Shown: positions 57,674-64,000 of the stretch, one piece after another
Numbering within the stretch: the stretch's first letter is position 1
How the letters are laid out: every line of letters starts with the position of its first letter
Origin: Hyaloraphidium curvatum SAG 235-1
Lineage: Eukaryota > Fungi > Monoblepharomycota
Reading direction: 5' to 3'
NCBI GenBank assembly: GCA_025558095.1
Contig: JAIVFI010000018.1
Location: 558,001 to 622,000, forward strand
Length of the DNA stretch: 64,000 bases
The notes under the pieces: generated by a model
The model's database searches: none
What the model was told of the DNA's origin: nothing
What the model saw: the letters and a program-made list of their open reading frames with translations, nothing else
Position numbers and translations under genes: made by a program

Positions 57674-59700
57674 TCAGCGCTGCCTGTGGATGCTGGAGAA
57701 CTTGATACCCAGAAGCCCCAGCACGGTGTAGAGTCCGAACAGGAGCGCCATAGCCGCGTATGCGAAATTTGTCGTCGCAGGATTGGCGGGTGAGATCCCG
57801 TTGGCCGTGTTGATGAGGTCCGCCCCGGTGCCGATGGAGCAGAACGAACCCGGAGGGAAAGCCATCCCACGTGCTAGCGCTTCGAGCACGGCCGAAGAGT
57901 TGGTGCGCAGCGACTCGGCTACCAGGGCGCCGAATAGAACCTCAGGCCGCGTCAGGTTCGTCCTCGCAACCGAGAGCGGAGCCGCGAGCGCTGCCAAGGA
58001 TGCAGCGTTGGCGGACACCGCACCCTTGCTCGCGCTGGCAAGGTCCCCTCCAGCCGCGACGGCGCTCGACGCCCCGGCTCCCCGGAGACAATTCCAGAAC
58101 AATGCGATTTCCGATTCGTTGGCCGGCAACGCCACAAAGGCGGCGTCGATCGCGCCCCGGATCCCACCCGCGATCGCCCCGGCAAAGTTCTCCGACGGGA
58201 TGGGGTTGCACTTTGTCTCGACGACGTCGCGCATAGTGAGCCACTGGATGTGCTGCACGCTCCACCGGGTGGCGCTGATTTCGCTGATCCAGTGGAAGGC
58301 CGGCGTGATCTCGTCCAGGGACACGATGGCCCCGGAAAACGAGAGGGCGATGAAGCTCAGGGATAGGAAGAGGACCGTGGCCTGAACGACGCTGCGAGAC
58401 CAAGATGCGCACGCCTGGACGAGCGCGGTTTGAACGAGGAAGAGCATGAGCATCATGGGGTAGATTGTCGGCGATCTTGCTCCCGAATCCGGCCATGAGG
58501 GCGATGATGACCATCACGAGGGAAGATATCGTGAGGGTGAAGACGATCTCGATAACGAGGTACGAAAGCCAGAACGGTACGGTGCCGTACATGTTGGACT
58601 CGTGCTCCTGGAGGTACAGCTCCTGGTCCGCCAGGAACTGGGGCACGGAGGCCAGGGCGACCAAGCCCGATAGGACGCCGAGGCTCATGACGAGCGTCGA
58701 TCGGTTGATCAGGCCCATGGTATCGTAGGCCAGGTTGAAGAAGATGCCGCCCAGCAGGAGCGCGACCAGGAGAAAGACCAGGATCCGGCCCCACGAGGTC
58801 GACGGATTCCGCCAGTACCGGAGCAGGCAGCGGTCCCCAAGGAGCCCGCAGCTGCATCCAAAACGAGCGGGCATATCGCAGCGCGGGCTCGGGATCGTGG
58901 CCATTCTGGTTCAGCAGCAACAGCCTGCGGATAAAGCCTTCGTTGGCGGCCGCAAGAGGCGATCTCGCATAAAAGTTCGCGATCCCGGCGGGATCGTCGC
59001 TGATGGTTTGCACTGTGGGAACAAGCAGCACGACTTTTAGTTGCGACATCGTGGATGCGGTGCCTCAATCTGCTCACAGTACTGTTCGACGTCGCCGGAC
59101 TTGACGTAGCCTCCGATCCTGAAAAAGTCGTCCGCGTCCGCAACGGGGCCGAAGAAGCACGTGCGTCCGCCGGAGAGAAGGAGGCAGTTGTCGAACATCC
59201 GGAAGATGGATTGGCTAGGCTGGTGCAGCACGCAGACGACGGCCACGCGCTCCAGCTTGGCGTACCCGAGAACCATGTCCACCGTCACGCGGGCCGTGTA
59301 CGCGTCGAGGCCGGACGTCACTTCGTCGAGGAAGAGGATCCGGGGTCGCGCGACGAGCTCGATGGCCACCTCCATCCGCTTCCGCTCGCCGGTCGAGATG
59401 CCGCGCACCAGCTCGTCGCCCACCCGCGAATCCTCGACGCTGCGCAGGTCCAGGGCGCCCATGACTTCGTCGACACGGACAGAGCGCTCTGCATAGGTAA
59501 ATGTCCGTGCCATGCGGCACTGCGCGGCGAACATGAGCGTCTCCCGGACGGTTAGCGTCGGGATGGAGGCCATGGAGGTCGACACCAGTCCGAGGGACGC
59601 TCGGAAGGACGTCCCCGTCCGCCGCCCGTCCGCAAAAACATCTCCGGTGACTGCTCCGTAGGATTTGCGCCCAGATATAATGTCAATCAGGCACGTTCGA
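57674..59700 (-). pseudogene. ABCG half-transporter lacking a recognisable Walker A, with frameshifts near 58850 and 58460
   Basis: GISTGERKR, LFLDEVTSGLD, LHQPS, LLSGG, RYWRNP, TMD with FSGAIV; upstream of LIDIISGRK there is no GxSGxGKT. Confidence 0.8.
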
Positions 59701-59924
59701 GGAGAATCGGGCCGGAAGTGACTCGCGGCTGGTGCGCAGCCGCGAGGAAACTTCGATGGATCGGGCGGGGAGACAACCAAACGGTGCCATGCAGTGACGA
59801 GCTCCGGGAACGTACGCGGCTACATCTTCAATTTTCGTGGAGGAGACAAAGCCCCGGATAGTCGGCCCCCCCGGGCGGCGCCGAGCCGCGGCACCGGGCG
59901 CCCGTGCCCACCGCACTGGACGCA

Positions 59925-62457
59925 ATGGAAAGCGCGACCCGAGAAGGTGCCGCGGTTCGAATCGGACGTCTCGCATCATGGACGGAGGAACGTCCCGGGG
60001 CGCCGCTGCATTTGTCGTGGCGGCACGTGAGCTGCACCCTGGCCGTGCACAGGAAACCGAAGGTGCTCCTGGACGATGTCTCGGGCTACTGCATGGCGGG
60101 CGAGGCGTTGGCGATCGTCGGCCCATCGGGGTCGGGTAAATCTACGCTCTTGGACATTCTGGCGCGCCAGAAGACGCGGGGGAAGTGGACGGATGACGTG
60201 CGGCTGAACGGCACCTCGCTGCCGTCCGGCCAGTTCGTCAGGACGTGCGGCTACGTCTCGGACGACCTGTTAACCGCCGAGTTCACCTGCGAGGAGATGC
60301 TCTCATTCGTGGCCGCGCTGCGCCTGCCCGAAAAGAGCCGGGCGGAGAGGGCGACCAAAGTGAACGACGTGCTCGAAGCCATGTCCCTCTGGCACTGCCG
60401 GAAGCGCCGCATAGAGAGCCGCTTCCGCCGCGGCCTATCGACCGGAGAAAGGAAGAGGCTCACGATTGCCGTCGAGCTGATTCCGGACCTGGGGGCCCTG
60501 CTGCTGGACGAACCGACAACGGGCCTCGACAGCGCGACGGGGCTAAGCGTGATGGCGAACGTCATCGAGATTGCCCGCATCCGTCGGTTTGCCTGCGTGG
60601 CCAGCGTCCACCAGCCGTCGACGGCCATCCTCGCCCTGTTTGACCGGGTGCTGGCTCTGTCGCAAGGATCGGTGTGCTATTTCGGCAGCGTTCAGGACGC
60701 TACGGCTTACTTCAGCGAACTGGTTCCGTTTTCGTGAACACCCGCGGAATCCATCGCCGAGGCGCTGGTCTGCAAGTCGTCGACCCTCATTGAACGTTGG
60801 AAGGTTGCGCCGGAGAAATCGGCCTCCCTGGCGGAGGCGCAGCGCGTCCACGATGAGACGAACCTCCATGGATCGCAGCGGACCGCGCCGCCGTGGTCGG
60901 AAAAGGCGGGCTTCTGGCAAAGCGCGCCTCTCCATCTGCAGATCTTCCACCTAGCGCGCCGCCTCGCGATCGTGTACCTCCGCAACCCGCTGATCGCCGT
61001 GGCCATGTTTGCCGGCGGTATCGCCATCGCGCTCTTCTTCGGCATCGCCTTCTTCCAGCTCCCACGAACAGCAAGTGAGGATCCGCAGCTCCGCCCTATC
61101 TGCAGATGTGCTGACGTAATGCCCCTGCGAAGCCGGATACCAGGGCCGCGTCGACGAAGGTATGATGGCCATGCTGCTCATCACGGCCTTTGCCGGCATC
61201 GAGTGCGCGCATTTCATCGAGGAGCGCAAGCAGTTCTACCACGAGGAGGCCGGCGGCCTGTACCACAGACTGGCCTACCTCGTCGCAGTCGTCCTCGTGC
61301 AGTGGACGTTCCTCGCGCTGGCGATGGTGAGAGCATTGCTGGCTGAAACTTTGCTGGTTTCTGAGAACGTCTCCCGGCAGACCGTGTTCCTGTGCATCAT
61401 GCTCCCGATGAGCGGCTGGCTGATGGAGTACTTGGGCAACTACATCGGCTACGCCATCAGCGCTGGCTTCTCCGCCGTCTCGCTCTACCTGTTTGTCGCC
61501 ACCGTGTCGCCGACCATCACCATGTTCATGGCCGGTTTCGTTCTGGTCTACTACTTTTCCTTCACCCTCAGGTTTGGCTCGGCGTTTCGCACAATATTGT
61601 TGGCTCATTCAGCTCCGTTGCAGCGGTTTGTTCCCGCTCGACAGCTTCCTGTTCGAACAGCATCCCTCGGTCGAAGCTTTCTGGCAGTGGCTTTCGCCGT
61701 CCAGGATGTTCTATATCCCCACGATCAGGAGGGAGATGCTGGGGCAGAACATCACCTGCACGGACTCGGAGAAGTTCATCGTGAGTTACCGGCCCAAGAA
61801 TCAGAGCATTGGCTGACAGGCGAGACATGGGCTCAGCTCGACTCCACCGGCATCGCCGTCCGAGGCACCGGTGGCCTCGCCAAAATCCTGCTCCAGAACG
61901 CCACGTCGGACAACGCAACGGTCCGGGCGGCTCTCAACAGCTTCGACACCTGGGCCGCGGCCGGCAGTTTGGCCAACGCGACCGTCTTCCCGCTCATGGA
62001 GGCGGCACGGCTCCTTGCGGAAGCGGACGAGGCGTCTCGGGTTTCCGTGCGGCTCGGCAATTCCCCGGACGTCGTTAGCGATCTGGCCGGGGTCGTGCAG
62101 GCTGCGCAACGCCGGTTCGCGATGGCGGCCAACGTATCGACGGCGGACCTGCCTGCGGCGAGGGCCAACGATACCCTGCTCGCTGCCCGTCTGCTCGGAT
62201 TCGCGGACTACCTCGCCGCGAACCCTGTCCCGGGGCTTCCGATCTGCTGGTACGGCAGCGGCGAGGACTTTCTCGCGATCGGCCTGGGGCTGGCCTGGTA
62301 CGAGCGGAACGCGACTGGGGCGATCGTGGGCTACGGGATCGACCATCCGACCGCGTCCCCGGACGGCAAGTACGTCGGCATAGCGTTCGCCACGGGGTTC
62401 GCGTGGCTCGCGCTGGCGTACTGCGGGCTCTGGCTCTGCAACTTCCGGCAGAGATAG
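59925..62457 (+). CDS. ABCG half-transporter (multi-exon; in-frame TGA at 60735-60737)
   Basis: GPSGSGKST, GLSTGERKR, LLLDEPTTGLD, VHQPS, YLRNP, EERKQFYHE, large N-glycosylated extracellular loop before the last TM. Confidence 0.85.
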
Positions 62458-62671
62458 GGGGCAGGGTGCTGCCCCTGACCGGACCCGACCCGGCGCAACC
62501 TCCGGTGAACATAGCAGGATTTGCATCTGTCACGAATGAGAAACCCTGTTCGAAACCCTCTGCTTACGCAGCGACCAGAATCCTTGGATGAGTCGTCAGG
62601 GGCCGGGGGCCGCGGGCACCGCCAACTACGCGTGACCGCAGACCCCGACCGAATACCCCTGCACCGGACCC

Positions 62672-64000
62672 ATGTTTGCCGGCAGTCGCTTTCCGCGGCT
62701 CCTGCGTGCGGCTCTCCCGCGCCATGCTCCATTCCCGGGCCCCGCGGCGCCGCTGCCGTCCCGTGGCGCGGCCAGCGCGGCTGCGGGCGGCGCGCCGGTG
62801 CCGGACTTCAACGACGCGCGCGAGTCGTTCGCGGCAAAATCGCTGCGCGATCTCGTGCGTGCGCGCGCGGTATTCCGGCTGTCGCAGGTGCGGCCGCTGG
62901 TCGCCAACGCGGACCGCCTGGTGCGCGCCGCCTACTCGGTGCTGGGAACGCGCATCACAAACGCGCTGCTGCGGTGGTCGTTCTTCGGCCACTTTTGCGC
63001 CGGCGAGGACGTGAATTCCATCAGGCCCACCGTGCAGTTTCTGGAGAGGAACGGCATCGGCTCCATCCTGGACTATGCCGCCGAGTCGGACCTGGAGGAG
63101 GAGGACGCCGAGCCACCGGCGCCGCAATCGCCCGCAGCGGCCGGGGTCCAGTGCCGGGTGTACGACTACAAGGACGGTGGGATTTTCCTTGATTCATTCG
63201 CCGTACCGGGGGACGTGAACGCTGACACGATTGTCGCCTCTGTTCAGAGGAGCTCTGCGACGCGCACGCCGCCACCTTCGAGGCCTGCATCCGCGCCGTG
63301 CACGACGTGTCGCCGACCGGCTTCGCCGCCATCAAGATCACGGCGCTCGGAAACCCCCTCCTGCTCAAGCGGATGTCCGTCGCCCTGGTCGAGCTCCGCA
63401 AGCTCTTCCAGCGCTTCGACGTCGACGGCACGGGCCACGTGACGCGGGAGCAGTTCCTCCAGGCCTACGCCCGCATCTTCGTCTCGGGCGACGCCGCCGC
63501 GCTGTTCGACGAGCTCGACGTCGACAAGGACGGCATGGTCGACTACATCGAGTGGTCCAACAAGCTCGTCCTGGAGGAGCTCCACAACCTGACCTCGCAC
63601 TGCCGCGAGAAGGGCCCCCTCTCGCAGGCCGTCCTGGACCCCGAGGAGCGCTCGCTTCTCGCCCGCATGCGGGAGCGCGCGGACCGGCTGGCCTCCCTGG
63701 CGCAGCAGCTCGGCGTGCGGCTCATGATCGACGCCGAGCATACCTACTTCCAGCCCGCCATCGACAACATCACCGTCGACCTCGCGCGCAAGTACAACCG
63801 CGCCTTCCCGGCCGTCTTTGGCACGTACCAGATGTACCTCCGCGACTCGCTCGGTCGCCTCCGGACGGACATCGAGCGCGCGCAAAAGGGCGGCTACTGG
63901 TTCGCGGCCAAGCTCGTCCGCGGGGCCTACGTCGCCCTGGAGCGGGAATACGCGGCCGAGAACGGGCTCGAGGACCCCATCTGGCCCAACATCGCCGACA
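62672..64000 (+). CDS. PUT1: Mitochondrial proline dehydrogenase with an inserted EF-hand pair (runs off the window end)
   Basis: Targeting peptide, FFGHFCAGE, SILDYAAE, AAIKITAL, RLMIDAEHTYFQPAID, TYQMYLRD, KLVRGAY. Confidence 0.95.

Overview
GC-rich eukaryotic DNA with many short (about 45-110 nt) GT-AG introns carrying CTGAC/CTAAC-like branch sites. The intron style, Sec7/eIF2B-epsilon and an enkurin gene suggest a zoosporic-lineage fungus such as a chytrid or monoblepharid (inference, not verified). About 35 genes and gene relics are readable. Housekeeping or conserved genes: caleosin, eIF2B-epsilon, Zn-ADH, AlaX, enkurin, Sec7/BIG Arf-GEF, an acyl-CoA dehydrogenase/acyl-CoA ligase pair and proline dehydrogenase. 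Bacterial-looking enzymes: class C beta-lactamase-like hydrolase, a secreted acetoacetate-decarboxylase-fold protein, a vanadium haloperoxidase and an RF2/PrfB-like release factor. Two signals stand out. (1) Five dispersed paralogs of a 7-TM protein whose architecture and TM7 motif resemble the insect GR/OR-GRL-DUF3537 (7TMIC) chemoreceptor-channel superfamily, with a distinctive H-x6/7-CxC-x4-C motif; four of the five carry frame lesions. (2) A secreted CAP/SCP protein ending in a cationic C-x3-C-x4-C-x3-C peptide with the cysteine spacing of tachyplesin/gomesin, conserved in a second inverted copy. No rRNA, tRNA or CRISPR array was recognised. All calls come from reading motifs by eye; exon boundaries are approximate.
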